The position numbers and the translations under genes are program-made. DNA of 64,000 nt from Candidatus Bathyarchaeia archaeon (GTDB lineage Archaea > Thermoproteota > Bathyarchaeia > Bathyarchaeales > Bathycorpusculaceae): positions 32,001 to 96,000 of the forward strand of contig JAVZLQ010000004.1 of assembly GCA_038883655.1 (NCBI GenBank), written 5' to 3'. Below the pieces are notes generated by a model. It searched no databases. It was not told the DNA's origin and saw nothing but the letters and a program-made list of their open reading frames with translations. Shown here one piece after another: positions 20,015 through 30,019 of this stretch; positions within the stretch are counted from its first letter, which is position 1; each line of letters opens with the position of its first letter.

Positions 20015-22813
20015 TTGGTTACCCTACATCTCGACAAAATTTTTAACCCTAAAAGCGTGGCTGTTGTTGGCGCCAGCGATGAAGAAGGAAGCGTTGGATA
20101 TGCGCTTATGCGGAATTTTTTGGATTTTGGTTTTGAGGGTAGGGTTTACCCTGTTAACATTCGCAAAACCGAGATTTTGGGTTTAAAAGCCTACCCGTCA
20201 GTTGAGCAAATTCCAGAAACTGTTGATTTGGCGGTGATTGCAACTCCAGCAAAAACTGTCCCAGAAATTGTTGAGCAATGCGGAAGGGCGGGAATAAAGG
20301 GCATAATAATCATAAGCGCTGGCTTCAAAGAGGTTGGTCCAGAGGGCAAAGCCCTAGAAGACAAAATCCTAGAAATAAAACGTAAATATGGTTTGCGTAT
20401 TGTTGGACCGAACTGTTTGGGAATAATCCGCCCAAGCAACAAGTTAAACGCAACATTTCTAAAAAAGATGCCTAAAGAGGGAAACATCGCCTTCATAAGC
20501 CAAAGCGGTGCGTTAGGCTCCGCCATTCTTGACTGGGCTATGCATGAAAATATTGGCTTCAGCAACTTCGTCTCTGTCGGCTCCATGATAGATGTTGACT
20601 TTGGCGATTTGATAGACTATTTTGGAACAGACCCGAAGACAAGAAGCATACTCATGTATATTGAGGGGATAACGAACGCGAGAAAATTTATGAGCGCAGC
20701 ACGTCACTTCGCAAGAACAAAACCAATAATAGTTGTTAAGGCTGGAAAATTCGGCGAAAGCGCAAAAGCGGCAGCCTCACACACTGGTTCAATGACTGGC
20801 GAAGACGACGTTTACGACGCAGCATTCAAGCGTGCGGGCATAGTGCGCGTAGAAGAAATAGCCGACCTATTCAACTGCGCTGAAGTTTTGGGCTTGCAAC
20901 CGCTTCCTAAAGGTCCAAACCTCGCCATAATCACGAATGCTGGCGGTCCAGGCGTTATGGCTACCGACGCGCTTATAGCAAGAGGCGGAAAACTAGCCAA
21001 GCTTAGCCCAAAAACGATGGAGCTTCTTAATGGCATTTTGCCACATTACTGGAGCCATGGCAACCCAATAGACATTTTAGGAGACGCAAAGGCTGACCGT
21101 TACAAGGCTGTTCTCGAAGCTTGCCTAAAAGACGAGAATGTTGACGGAATCCTAATAATTTACACGGCGCAGGCGGTTGCTGAGCCAGTTGAAATCGCGA
21201 AGGGCATAGTTGAAGTTTACAAGAGCATGGCATACAAGAACAAAACGGTACTAACCTCCTTCATGGGTTATGGCGCTGTGGAAGAAGCCAACCGCATATT
21301 TAACGAAAATGGCATACCAACATACGCAACTCCAGAACAAGCCATAAAGACGTATCTTTACATGTACCAGTACAAGCGCAACCTCGAGCTGCTTTATGAA
21401 ACTCCAGAGGAGCTTCCAGTCGACGCTGCCCCGCCAAAGCGTCCAATACAAGTTATAATGCGAAACGCAGCCATGGAAAACCGCGAACTTTTAACAGAAG
21501 CCGAAGCGAAAAAGCTGCTTGAATATTACGGTTTTCCTGTTGCCAAAACCCTAGTAGCAACAACAGCTGATGAAGCCGTAGCCTGCGCTTCGCAGATTGG
21601 CTACCCAGTTGTGCTCAAAATCTTGTCTCCGCAAATTGTCCACAAAACGGATGCTGGCGGAGTCTTCCTAGACCTAAAAAACGAAGTTGAAGTCAGAGCA
21701 GCCTTTGAGCAAATCATGCACAACGCGAAAAACTATAATCCACAAGCGGAAATTCTGGGCGTAACTGTTCAGCCAATGATTAAAAAGAGAGGATACGAAG
21801 TTATACTTGGAGCAAAGAAAGACCCGCTTTTCGGACCAGTAATTCTCTTCGGCATGGGCGGCGTTGGCGTTGAACTTTTCAAAGACTTTTCAATAGGGCT
21901 TCCACCATTAAATCAGACCTTGGTTAGACGCTTAATGGAGGAGACAAAGGTTTATCAGCTTTTGAAAGGCTATAGGAATGTGCCGCCAGCAAACATCAAA
22001 CTTCTTGAAGAGATAATTTTGCGCTTCTCGCAGTTGCTCGTTGATTTCCCACAGTTAAAGGAAGTCGACATCAACCCACTTTTGATTAATGATAAAGATG
22101 CTTACGCACTTGATGCGAGAATCATAATTGACAAAGAACTGGTCTTCCAAAAATTTGAGCCACACCAACACCTGGTCATAAGCCCATACCCGAAGAAATA
22201 CGAAACTTTGTGGCGCATGCGCGATGGACGCACGGTACTGCTGAGGCCGATAAAGCCTGAAGACGAGCCCTTATGGCTTGAAATGTTCAAAAACTTCTCG
22301 GAAGAATCCATACGTTACAGGTTCTTCCAAATAATCAAGGACACGCCACATGAAGTGCGCGTTCGCTACTGCAACATTGACTATGATAGGGAAATCGCTA
22401 TAGTCGCTGAATTAAACGAGAATGGACAAAGGCGGATATTGGGCGTTGCCCGTGTAAGCCTAGAACCAGATAGGCGGGCTGGCGAAATAGCCTTTATAGT
22501 TGCTGACCCGTGGCAAGGCTTGGGCTTGGGCACAAAAATGGTGGATTACACCATTGAGGTTTGCAAGGACATGGGAGTGGAAACGCTTTACGCTATAATG
22601 CTTCCAGACAATTATAGGGCTATAAACCTAACAAGAAAGATGGGCTTTACCCTTAAATATCAAGAGGACGGCACAATCAAGGGCACCTTAAACCTGAAAG
22701 AGGAAGAGTCTGCGTCGCAATGCCAAGAAACTAGGAACATTCAAGAAGCGGAGAGTTCAGCATTAAGTCCCAAAAAGGAAGAACATCGAGAAGCGGAAAC
22801 AGTCGGCGTCTAG
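20015..22813 (+). CDS. ADP-forming acyl-CoA synthetase (alpha+beta) fused to a C-terminal GNAT (Pat/YfiQ architecture)
   Basis: Motifs PKSVAVVGAS, GPNCLG, SQSGA, ASHTGS, ATP-grasp VHKTDAGGV and DINPL. GNAT region LRPIKPED...WQGLGLG. Confidence 0.9.
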   Translation: MVTLHLDKIFNPKSVAVVGASDEEGSVGYALMRNFLDFGFEGRVYPVNIRKTEILGLKAYPSVEQIPETVDLAVIATPAKTVPEIVEQCGRAGIKGIIIISAGFKEVGPEGKALEDKILEIKRKYGLRIVGPNCLGIIRPSNKLNATFLKKMPKEGNIAFISQSGALGSAILDWAMHENIGFSNFVSVGSMIDVDFGDLIDYFGTDPKTRSILMYIEGITNARKFMSAARHFARTKPIIVVKAGKFGESAKAAASHTGSMTGEDDVYDAAFKRAGIVRVEEIADLFNCAEVLGLQPLPKGPNLAIITNAGGPGVMATDALIARGGKLAKLSPKTMELLNGILPHYWSHGNPIDILGDAKADRYKAVLEACLKDENVDGILIIYTAQAVAEPVEIAKGIVEVYKSMAYKNKTVLTSFMGYGAVEEANRIFNENGIPTYATPEQAIKTYLYMYQYKRNLELLYETPEELPVDAAPPKRPIQVIMRNAAMENRELLTEAEAKKLLEYYGFPVAKTLVATTADEAVACASQIGYPVVLKILSPQIVHKTDAGGVFLDLKNEVEVRAAFEQIMHNAKNYNPQAEILGVTVQPMIKKRGYEVILGAKKDPLFGPVILFGMGGVGVELFKDFSIGLPPLNQTLVRRLMEETKVYQLLKGYRNVPPANIKLLEEIILRFSQLLVDFPQLKEVDINPLLINDKDAYALDARIIIDKELVFQKFEPHQHLVISPYPKKYETLWRMRDGRTVLLRPIKPEDEPLWLEMFKNFSEESIRYRFFQIIKDTPHEVRVRYCNIDYDREIAIVAELNENGQRRILGVARVSLEPDRRAGEIAFIVADPWQGLGLGTKMVDYTIEVCKDMGVETLYAIMLPDNYRAINLTRKMGFTLKYQEDGTIKGTLNLKEEESASQCQETRNIQEAESSALSPKKEEHREAETVGV

Positions 22814-22934
22814 CACTTATATGCCACACTTAAACCAAGTATAACGCACGTAGTTTTTTCTCTATTTACTATGGCTAAATTTAAATTACAGAAGCGCGAT
22901 TAGTAATTTTCCATTAAAACAAGCTGGTGCGAAG

Positions 22935-23870
22935 ATGGAGAAACTAAAATTTGCGTTTTATTGGGCTGCAAGTTGCGGCGGCTGCGAAATCGCCGTTCTC
23001 GACATAAACGAAAAAATCCTAGATGTCATAGCCAATGCCGACATAGTCTTTTGGCCAGTGGCAATGGACATAAAATGTAAAGATGTTGAGGCGATGCCAG
23101 ACAAGTACATTGACGTGTGCTTCTTTAATGGTGCAATTCGCAACAGCGAACAGGAATATATGGCGAAACTTTTAAGGCAAAAGTCAAAGGTGCTTGTGGC
23201 TTTCGGTTCTTGCGCATGTGACGGCTGCGTCATAGGGCTTGGAAACCTTTGGAATAGACAAAAAATCTTTGAAAGAGCATACTTTGAAACACCATCAACT
23301 AAAAACCTGCAGGGTGTTACTCCACAACCACGTCTAAAAGTTAAGGAAGGCGAACTTGAACTCCCAGAATTTTACGACACGGTTAAGACTCTAGCTCAAA
23401 CGGTTGATGTTGACTATTTCATTTCGGGATGCCCGCCACCAGTTCCGAGGATAATAGAAACTGTGGAGGCGATATTTAGCGGTAAACTACCGCCAAAAGG
23501 CGTGAGCTTCCTACTAAACAAGTCAATATGCGACGAATGCCCAAGAGAGAAAAAGGACAGAAAAATCACGCAAGTGAAGAGAATTTACGAGATAGAAGAC
23601 GACTTCAAAACATGCTTCCTAGACCAAGGCGTCATCTGCATGGGGCCAGCCACAAGAGGCGGATGCGGCGCCCAATGCCTAAAAGCCAACGTGCCATGCA
23701 CTGGATGTGGCGGACCAACGCCGAGAGTAACAGACCAAGGCGCAGCGATGATAAGCGCCTTCGCATCAATAGCTGCAGACCCAAGCGTAATCGAGCAAAT
23801 AGTGGACCCGATTGGAACCTTTTACAAGTATTCTCTTGCAAACTCCACCTTACGGAGGAAGGTGAGATAG
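22935..23870 (+). CDS. mvhG: Group 3c-type [NiFe]-hydrogenase small subunit (copy 1)
   Basis: Motifs ASCGGC, GSCA, GCPP, CDECP, CMGPATRGGC, CTGCGG. Confidence 0.9.
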   Translation: MEKLKFAFYWAASCGGCEIAVLDINEKILDVIANADIVFWPVAMDIKCKDVEAMPDKYIDVCFFNGAIRNSEQEYMAKLLRQKSKVLVAFGSCACDGCVIGLGNLWNRQKIFERAYFETPSTKNLQGVTPQPRLKVKEGELELPEFYDTVKTLAQTVDVDYFISGCPPPVPRIIETVEAIFSGKLPPKGVSFLLNKSICDECPREKKDRKITQVKRIYEIEDDFKTCFLDQGVICMGPATRGGCGAQCLKANVPCTGCGGPTPRVTDQGAAMISAFASIAADPSVIEQIVDPIGTFYKYSLANSTLRRKVR

Positions 23871-25328
23871 ATGAAGGAAATAATCATAAACCCCATCACA
23901 AGGCTTGAGGGGCACGGAAAAATAACAATATTCCTAAATGAAGCTGGAAATGTGGAAGAAGCCTACTTCCAAGTTCCAGAACTGAGAGGCTTTGAAAGAT
24001 TCTGCGAAGGAAGAAGAGCCGAAGACCTGCCAATAATAACGACGAGGATTTGCGGTGTCTGCCCAGTCGCTCACCACATGGCAGGCGCAAAAGCCTTAGA
24101 CGCGGCGTTCAATGTTGAGCCGCCGCCAGCAGCTAAAAAGCTCCGTGAACTAATGTATTGTGGCTATTACCTCTACGACCACACATTACACTTTTACTAT
24201 CTGGGCGGTCCAGATTTTGTCGTTGGACCCGATGCTCCACCAGAAAAAAGAAACGTTATAGGCGTTATTGAGAAGGCTGGACTTGAAATAGGCAAAGAAG
24301 TCATAAAGCATAGGGCTTACGGGCAAAAGATAACGGAGATTTTGGGCGGAAAGGCGACCCATCCGGTTAACGCGTGCATACCAGGAGGGGTTTCAAAACC
24401 GCTCTCTGAAGAGGAGCGGCGCGAAATTGAGAAGATGGTTAGAAGCTGCCTTGAATTTGCAAAATTCAGCCTAAAACTCTTCGATGACATAGTGTTGAAA
24501 AACACGGACTACGTCAACCTAATAAAAAGTGAAGCCTATACGCTGCAGACCTACTATATGGGGTTGGTTGATAAAAACAACCACGTAAACTTCTACGATG
24601 GCGACGTGCGTGTGGTAGACCCAAACGGAAATGAGTTCGTTAAATTCAAGCCAAAAGAATACTTGGACGTGATTGAAGAGCATGTAGAACCATGGACATA
24701 CGTGAAGCTGCCATACCTAAAAAAGGTTGGATGGAAAGGATTCGTCGGTGGCTCCCAAAGCGGACTATACCGTGTTGGACCGCTTGGAAGGCTCAACGCT
24801 GCGGACGGCATGGCAACCCCATTAGCGCAGGCTGAATACGAGCGAATGTATAAGACGCTTGGCGGAAAGCCAGTTCACAACACTTTGGCATATCACTGGG
24901 CTAGGCTAATAGAACTTTTGTACGCGGCTGAACGCGCACTAGAACTTGTAACAGACCCAGAAATAACAAGCAAAGACATCCGAAATAAGCCAGGCAAGCC
25001 AGGCGAAGGCGTGGGCATAGTTGAAGCCGCACGTGGAACGCTTATCCACCATTACATACTTGACGAGAAGGCATTAGCCAAAAAAGTCAATCTTATCGTT
25101 GCTACAACGCATAATGCGCCGAGCATATGCATATCAATAAAGGATGCCGCGAAGGCGCTGATAAAAAATGGCAAGGTTAACGATGGCATTTTGAACATGG
25201 TTGAGATGGCTTTTAGGGCATATGACCCGTGCTTCGCGTGTGCTACGCACTTTGCAGTTGGGCAAATGCCGTTGCAGGTTGAAATTTATGATTCCGAGAG
25301 GCGGTTAATAAAGAAAATTGGAAGGTGA
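23871..25328 (+). CDS. mvhA: Group 3c-type [NiFe]-hydrogenase large subunit (copy 1)
   Basis: Motifs TRLEGHG, L1 RICGVCPVAH, L2 AYDPCFACATH, followed by a cleavable C-terminal extension. Confidence 0.93.
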   Translation: MKEIIINPITRLEGHGKITIFLNEAGNVEEAYFQVPELRGFERFCEGRRAEDLPIITTRICGVCPVAHHMAGAKALDAAFNVEPPPAAKKLRELMYCGYYLYDHTLHFYYLGGPDFVVGPDAPPEKRNVIGVIEKAGLEIGKEVIKHRAYGQKITEILGGKATHPVNACIPGGVSKPLSEEERREIEKMVRSCLEFAKFSLKLFDDIVLKNTDYVNLIKSEAYTLQTYYMGLVDKNNHVNFYDGDVRVVDPNGNEFVKFKPKEYLDVIEEHVEPWTYVKLPYLKKVGWKGFVGGSQSGLYRVGPLGRLNAADGMATPLAQAEYERMYKTLGGKPVHNTLAYHWARLIELLYAAERALELVTDPEITSKDIRNKPGKPGEGVGIVEAARGTLIHHYILDEKALAKKVNLIVATTHNAPSICISIKDAAKALIKNGKVNDGILNMVEMAFRAYDPCFACATHFAVGQMPLQVEIYDSERRLIKKIGR

Positions 25329-27745
25329 TGGAAATGGAAGAGGCAAAAATTGGAGTATTCCTATCCGACTGCGGAAAACAGTTGGCAGAAATCCTAAACT
25401 TTGAAGAAATAACAAACTATCTGAAAGGCATACCACAAGTCTCCCTCGTGGCTGTTGGCAACGAATTTTGGCGAGGTCAAGGACTAAAAACATTAGTTGA
25501 AGCCGTAAAAAACGGAAAAATAAACCGCGTCGTCGTCGCAGAAAGCATACCAAAAATTGGTGAAATAAACATTGTTGAATCCCTAGAAGCAGTTGGGCTT
25601 AACCCAAACTTCGTTGAAGTTATAGACGTAAAAGACAACTGTGCATGGCCTCACCGTGACGCACCTAAAGAGGCAACGGAAAAGGCGAAGGCTATGCTTT
25701 TGGCTGCAATAGAACGTGTAAAACTTGCGGAGCCAATCGAGAAACTGGAGTTTCCAGCCGTAAAATCCATTCTCGTTATAGGCGGTGGACTGGCTGGAAT
25801 GCAGGCTGCAGAAGACCTAGCGGACATGGGTTTTGAAGTTTACTTGGTTGAGAAGGAGCCGTTTCTAGGAGGGTTAGCCGCGAAGGCTGGGCGTTTCTTC
25901 CCAACAGACGACTGTGCAATATGCATCCAATCGCCAGCTTCAGACGTGAAAACAATAACGCATACTTCGCGAAAATGCGTTTATCGTTCTGGCTTTTCAG
26001 AGATTCCAAACCTTAACGTGCTGACAAACTCTAGGGTTGTAAAGGTTGAGGGCGCGCCTGGAAACTATAAGGTGACCATTGAGAGAAAGCCGAGGTACGT
26101 TAATGAGGAAAAATGTGTTGCATGCGACTTGTGTGCCTCTGTTTGTCCAGTTGAGGTCCTAGACGAGTACAACGCGAGGTTGAAGAGTAGGAAGGCGATT
26201 TACATTAACACGCCGCTTGTTTATCCGCCAGTGTACGCTATAGACGCTAAAGCATGCAAATTCGCCGAGTGCGCCAAGTGCGTTGATGTTTGCCCCACAA
26301 AGGCAATTGAGTTGAACCAAAAAAGCAAGAAAGTTACGCTTAACGTTGGCAGCATAATCGTCGCCACTGGTTTTAAGGAGTATGACCCAAGCGTGATAAA
26401 AGAGTACCACTACGGCGAATATCCAGACGTGATAACGCAGCTTGAGCTTGCAAGGATGATTGACGCCTTCGGTCCAACAAAGGGCATGATAATTCGACCA
26501 TCAGACAAAAAGCCAGCAAAAAGAATAGTCTTCATCCAGTGTGTTGGCTCTAGGGATAGACGCTGGAACCCCTACTGTTCAAGCATATGCTGCATGATAT
26601 CGCTGAAACACGCCACACTGATTAAGTCGGCTTTTCCAGACACTGACATAACGATATGTTACATCGACATAAGAACCACTGGAAGAGAACACGAATACTA
26701 CTATGAACGCGCCCGCGAGATGGGAATAAAATTCGTGAAGGGAAGACCAACGGAAATCTTGCACGACCCAGAGGCAAACCTGCTAATAGTCGATGTTGAA
26801 GACGAACTTTTAAGAAGATTCTTGGAACTGGAAGCAGATCTTGTCGTCTTATCGCCAGCAATGGTGCCTGTTGAAGACGCAAAAGAGCTTGCGGAAATGC
26901 TTGGCTTGGAACTGGACAAGGACGGCTTCTTTAAGGAATATAACGCGAAACTTAGACCTACGGAGACGAAGAAGCGGGGCGTCTTCATCTGCGGTGGAGC
27001 GATATTCCCCAAGGATGCGCCTACAACTTCGCTTCAAGCTCACTCAGCAGCGGTTAAGGCTGCAAAATTCCTATTGAACGGCAAAATTGTCAAAGACCAG
27101 AAAACAGCCTACGTGAACGAGGATTATTGTGGAGACTGCGAATTCTGTCCAGTAACATGCCCATATGGAGCGATAACCCTAACGGAAAAGACTGACGGAC
27201 ACTTTGTCGCGCATGTGGACGATCTCTTATGCGAAGGCTGCGGCGTATGCGTTGGCACATGCCCAGTTGGAGCAATCGAACTTCGCCACTTGAAGCCAAA
27301 CCAGATTTTAGCTCAAATGAAAGCGCTGTTGTCCATTAATGGAACATCAAAACCGCTTGTTTTGGCTTTCTGCTGTTCAGAGTGCGGTCACGCCGCTGTG
27401 GATTCTTCTGGAATGGCTATGCTCAGTTATCCAGCAAACGTGCGCGTGCTGCGTGTGCCGTGCACTGGCATAGTGCAAGTACAGCATATACTGGAAGCCT
27501 TCAAGGCTGGCGCTCAAGGAGTCATGGTTGTCGGATGCAAGCAAGACGGTTGCCACTACGAGGTTGGAAGCCAGAAGGCACAGAAGAAAGTGGAGCTTGC
27601 AAAGGTTTTGCTGAAAGAGTATGGCATTGAGCCAGAACGCCTCGAAATGTTCAACATGGTTTACATAGAAGGTGACAAGTTCGCCGAAGCCGCAAGAGCC
27701 ATGACTGAAAAAGTGGAGAAGCTTGGTGCACTTCAACTAGCCTAA
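25328..27745 (+). CDS. hdrA: HdrA-MvhD fusion with degenerate N-terminal Fe-S domain
   Basis: Motifs GGGLAG, FPTDDCAIC, CSSICCMISLK, ferredoxins and an intact MvhD (FCCSEC, VPCTG, GCKQDGCHY). Confidence 0.9.
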   Translation: MEMEEAKIGVFLSDCGKQLAEILNFEEITNYLKGIPQVSLVAVGNEFWRGQGLKTLVEAVKNGKINRVVVAESIPKIGEINIVESLEAVGLNPNFVEVIDVKDNCAWPHRDAPKEATEKAKAMLLAAIERVKLAEPIEKLEFPAVKSILVIGGGLAGMQAAEDLADMGFEVYLVEKEPFLGGLAAKAGRFFPTDDCAICIQSPASDVKTITHTSRKCVYRSGFSEIPNLNVLTNSRVVKVEGAPGNYKVTIERKPRYVNEEKCVACDLCASVCPVEVLDEYNARLKSRKAIYINTPLVYPPVYAIDAKACKFAECAKCVDVCPTKAIELNQKSKKVTLNVGSIIVATGFKEYDPSVIKEYHYGEYPDVITQLELARMIDAFGPTKGMIIRPSDKKPAKRIVFIQCVGSRDRRWNPYCSSICCMISLKHATLIKSAFPDTDITICYIDIRTTGREHEYYYERAREMGIKFVKGRPTEILHDPEANLLIVDVEDELLRRFLELEADLVVLSPAMVPVEDAKELAEMLGLELDKDGFFKEYNAKLRPTETKKRGVFICGGAIFPKDAPTTSLQAHSAAVKAAKFLLNGKIVKDQKTAYVNEDYCGDCEFCPVTCPYGAITLTEKTDGHFVAHVDDLLCEGCGVCVGTCPVGAIELRHLKPNQILAQMKALLSINGTSKPLVLAFCCSECGHAAVDSSGMAMLSYPANVRVLRVPCTGIVQVQHILEAFKAGAQGVMVVGCKQDGCHYEVGSQKAQKKVELAKVLLKEYGIEPERLEMFNMVYIEGDKFAEAARAMTEKVEKLGALQLA

Positions 27746-27769
27746 ACCAATAAAGGAGCGTTAATCTTG

Positions 27770-28288
27770 ATGGCTGAGGAAACACAAAAGAAAGCGTTGG
27801 CAAAGAATTTTGCAAAAGAAATAACCAGCAGGCTCGGCGGAGAAACAATAACACTATGCTACCAGTGCGGGACATGCGCTTCAAGCTGTCCAGTAGCAAA
27901 AATTACTGACAAATACAATCCAAGAGAAATCATTAGGCTTGCGCTGCTCGGGTTAAGAGACGAAGTTTTGTCTGGCGGCGCCATTTGGCTTTGTTCCTCA
28001 TGCTACAACTGCCAAGAACGTTGTCCACAAAAAGTCGAAATAGCCGACGTAATTTACGCTTTGAGAAACATTGCCATCCGCGAGGGAAACATGCCAAACA
28101 TTTACGCAGAGTTTGCAGCTGGATTAATGAGCGAGGGACGCATAGTCCCTATATCAAAATTCCTCGAGAAAAAACGCGCCGAATACGGCTTACCCCAACT
28201 CAAACCAGCAGGCGTCGAAGCCGTGAAGCGTATTCTCTCAGCAACGGGATTTGACAAAATTCAGTTTAAGAAAGGTGAAGCGCAATGA
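27770..28288 (+). CDS. hdrC: Heterodisulfide reductase subunit C
   Basis: Motifs CYQCGTCASSCP and WLCSSCYNCQERCP. Confidence 0.92.
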   Translation: MAEETQKKALAKNFAKEITSRLGGETITLCYQCGTCASSCPVAKITDKYNPREIIRLALLGLRDEVLSGGAIWLCSSCYNCQERCPQKVEIADVIYALRNIAIREGNMPNIYAEFAAGLMSEGRIVPISKFLEKKRAEYGLPQLKPAGVEAVKRILSATGFDKIQFKKGEAQ

Positions 28289-29160
28289 CGAGCTACGCCT
28301 TATTTTTAGGATGCACAATACCCGCGCGTCAGCCACACTACGAGTTGGCAGCGCGAAAAGCCCTAACAAAACTTGGAATAGAACTCGTCGACCTGGAGAA
28401 TATGACTTGCTGTGCTCCTCCACCGTTGCAATCAATAGATTTGGAAACAAGCCTTGCCATCGCCGCGTACAATATCTGCCTAGCCGAAGAAGCAGACCTA
28501 AATATAGTCACTTTATGCACTGGATGCTTCGAGTCGCTTGCCATGACTAATACCCTTCTAAAAGAGAAGAAAGAGCTTAAGGAAAGGGTTAACAAAATCC
28601 TCGCAGCTGTCGGTAAAGAGTTTAAGGGAAATAAGGAAGTGCGGCATTACCTTCAAGTTTTGATGAACGATGTTGGCTTAAATAACCTGAAAAAGAGTGT
28701 TGTAAAACCACTAAGCAAGCTGAAAGTTGCAGCCTTTTCTGGTTGTCACCTGCTTAGACCAAGCGCGCTCTTGAGGTTTGACGACCCAGAACGCCCAAAA
28801 ATCTTTGACGACCTAATCGAAGCGTTAGGCGCCAAAAGTATCTGGTACAGAAATAAGCTAAAGTGTTGTGGCGGTCTGTTGAGGGGCTACGCTGACGATG
28901 TGGCTTTAGCCATAGCCAGAGACAAAATAGTAAACGCTTTTAAGGCTGGCGCTGACTGCATATCAACGCTTTGTCCATTCTGCTTCTTAACGCTTGATCT
29001 TGGTCAGATGCTCATAAAAACCACGTACAAGGAAGAATATAGCATGCCAGTTATTCACTACGCTGAGCTTTTGAGCATAAGCCTAGGAGTAGACCCAAAA
29101 GAACTTGCGCTCGATTTTCACAAGGTAAAATTGGACCCAGTACTAAGCAAGATCGGCTAA
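28285..29160 (+). CDS. hdrB: Heterodisulfide reductase subunit B
   Basis: Motifs FLGC, TCCA, LCTGC, GCHLLRP, KCCGG, CPFC. Confidence 0.92.
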   Translation: MTSYALFLGCTIPARQPHYELAARKALTKLGIELVDLENMTCCAPPPLQSIDLETSLAIAAYNICLAEEADLNIVTLCTGCFESLAMTNTLLKEKKELKERVNKILAAVGKEFKGNKEVRHYLQVLMNDVGLNNLKKSVVKPLSKLKVAAFSGCHLLRPSALLRFDDPERPKIFDDLIEALGAKSIWYRNKLKCCGGLLRGYADDVALAIARDKIVNAFKAGADCISTLCPFCFLTLDLGQMLIKTTYKEEYSMPVIHYAELLSISLGVDPKELALDFHKVKLDPVLSKIG

Positions 29161-29254
29161 ACTCATTTCTCTCTCTTTTTACCATTCTAATTTTAAAGTT
29201 GGCTGGATAAGTGTTAATAGTGCGAATTACGCTATCACGTTTTGGGAATAAAAC

Positions 29255-29455
29255 ATGAAGGTAACAGCCCTAAAAGAACACAAGTGCTTCTGTTGTGGAG
29301 CAACCATAAAACGTGGCGAGGAATGCTTCGCTTTTTTCGTGAATCCATCTGACCCGAGCAAAAGTGAGTTTGATGTTATCTACACTTGTATAAAATGTAG
29401 TGATGAGGAGAAGTGTAAAATTAGGATAAAGCGTCGAGAGGCAAGCGAATCGTAA
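29255..29455 (+). CDS. Small Zn-finger-like protein
   Basis: HKCFCCG...YTCIKC, 66 aa. Confidence 0.6.
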   Translation: MKVTALKEHKCFCCGATIKRGEECFAFFVNPSDPSKSEFDVIYTCIKCSDEEKCKIRIKRREASES

Positions 29456-29459
29456 ACAG

Positions 29460-29930
29460 TCAGTTTCCTTTTGGAATTTCTATTTCAAGTGCCTCGTTAT
29501 TGTTGCATTTCGTAACCATGCTTTCAATTTTTAGGTGATCAACTGGAAGAGTTATCTTTCGGCATTCGTCAACACAAACATCGTTTCCATCGCCCTTCTT
29601 GTAGCAAACCTTGTTGCAAATTTCTATGCCATCCACATCAGTGTGAACAGTTATTTTTTGTTCTCGGCACTTGCACTGTATTAGAATCCTAATATAATTA
29701 TCGTCCTCAAACACGTCTATCAGGGGTTCTTCAAGTTGTGGTAATGGAATTAAATGCCTAACTGGGCTTGACTCTATTTGCTCGCTGATTATGTACTTCT
29801 TGTATAGAAGTTTCTCCATAGGCTCCACAATGATATCGCTTCTTTCCTCCGCTTCACTTTCGATAAGTTTCTTTACCAAAACCTTGCAGAAAACGTCTAT
29901 GTTTCGGAGGGCTTCCTCAAAACTGCTCAT
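29460..29930 (-). CDS. Cys-rich hypothetical protein, possibly with an Hsp20/alpha-crystallin-like domain
   Basis: EEPLIDVFEDDNYIRIL...ITLP...NNEALEIEIPK resembles archaeal sHsp strands; 8 Cys. Confidence 0.45.
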   Translation of the reverse strand: MSSFEEALRNIDVFCKVLVKKLIESEAEERSDIIVEPMEKLLYKKYIISEQIESSPVRHLIPLPQLEEPLIDVFEDDNYIRILIQCKCREQKITVHTDVDGIEICNKVCYKKGDGNDVCVDECRKITLPVDHLKIESMVTKCNNNEALEIEIPKGN

Positions 29931-30019
29931 TTTATCTCACGCCTCTCCTCATATTTATAATATTTACTTTTAACCATTTAAGGCTTCTTAAACCAGATTT
30001 AAATTAAGTTTGAAGCAAG

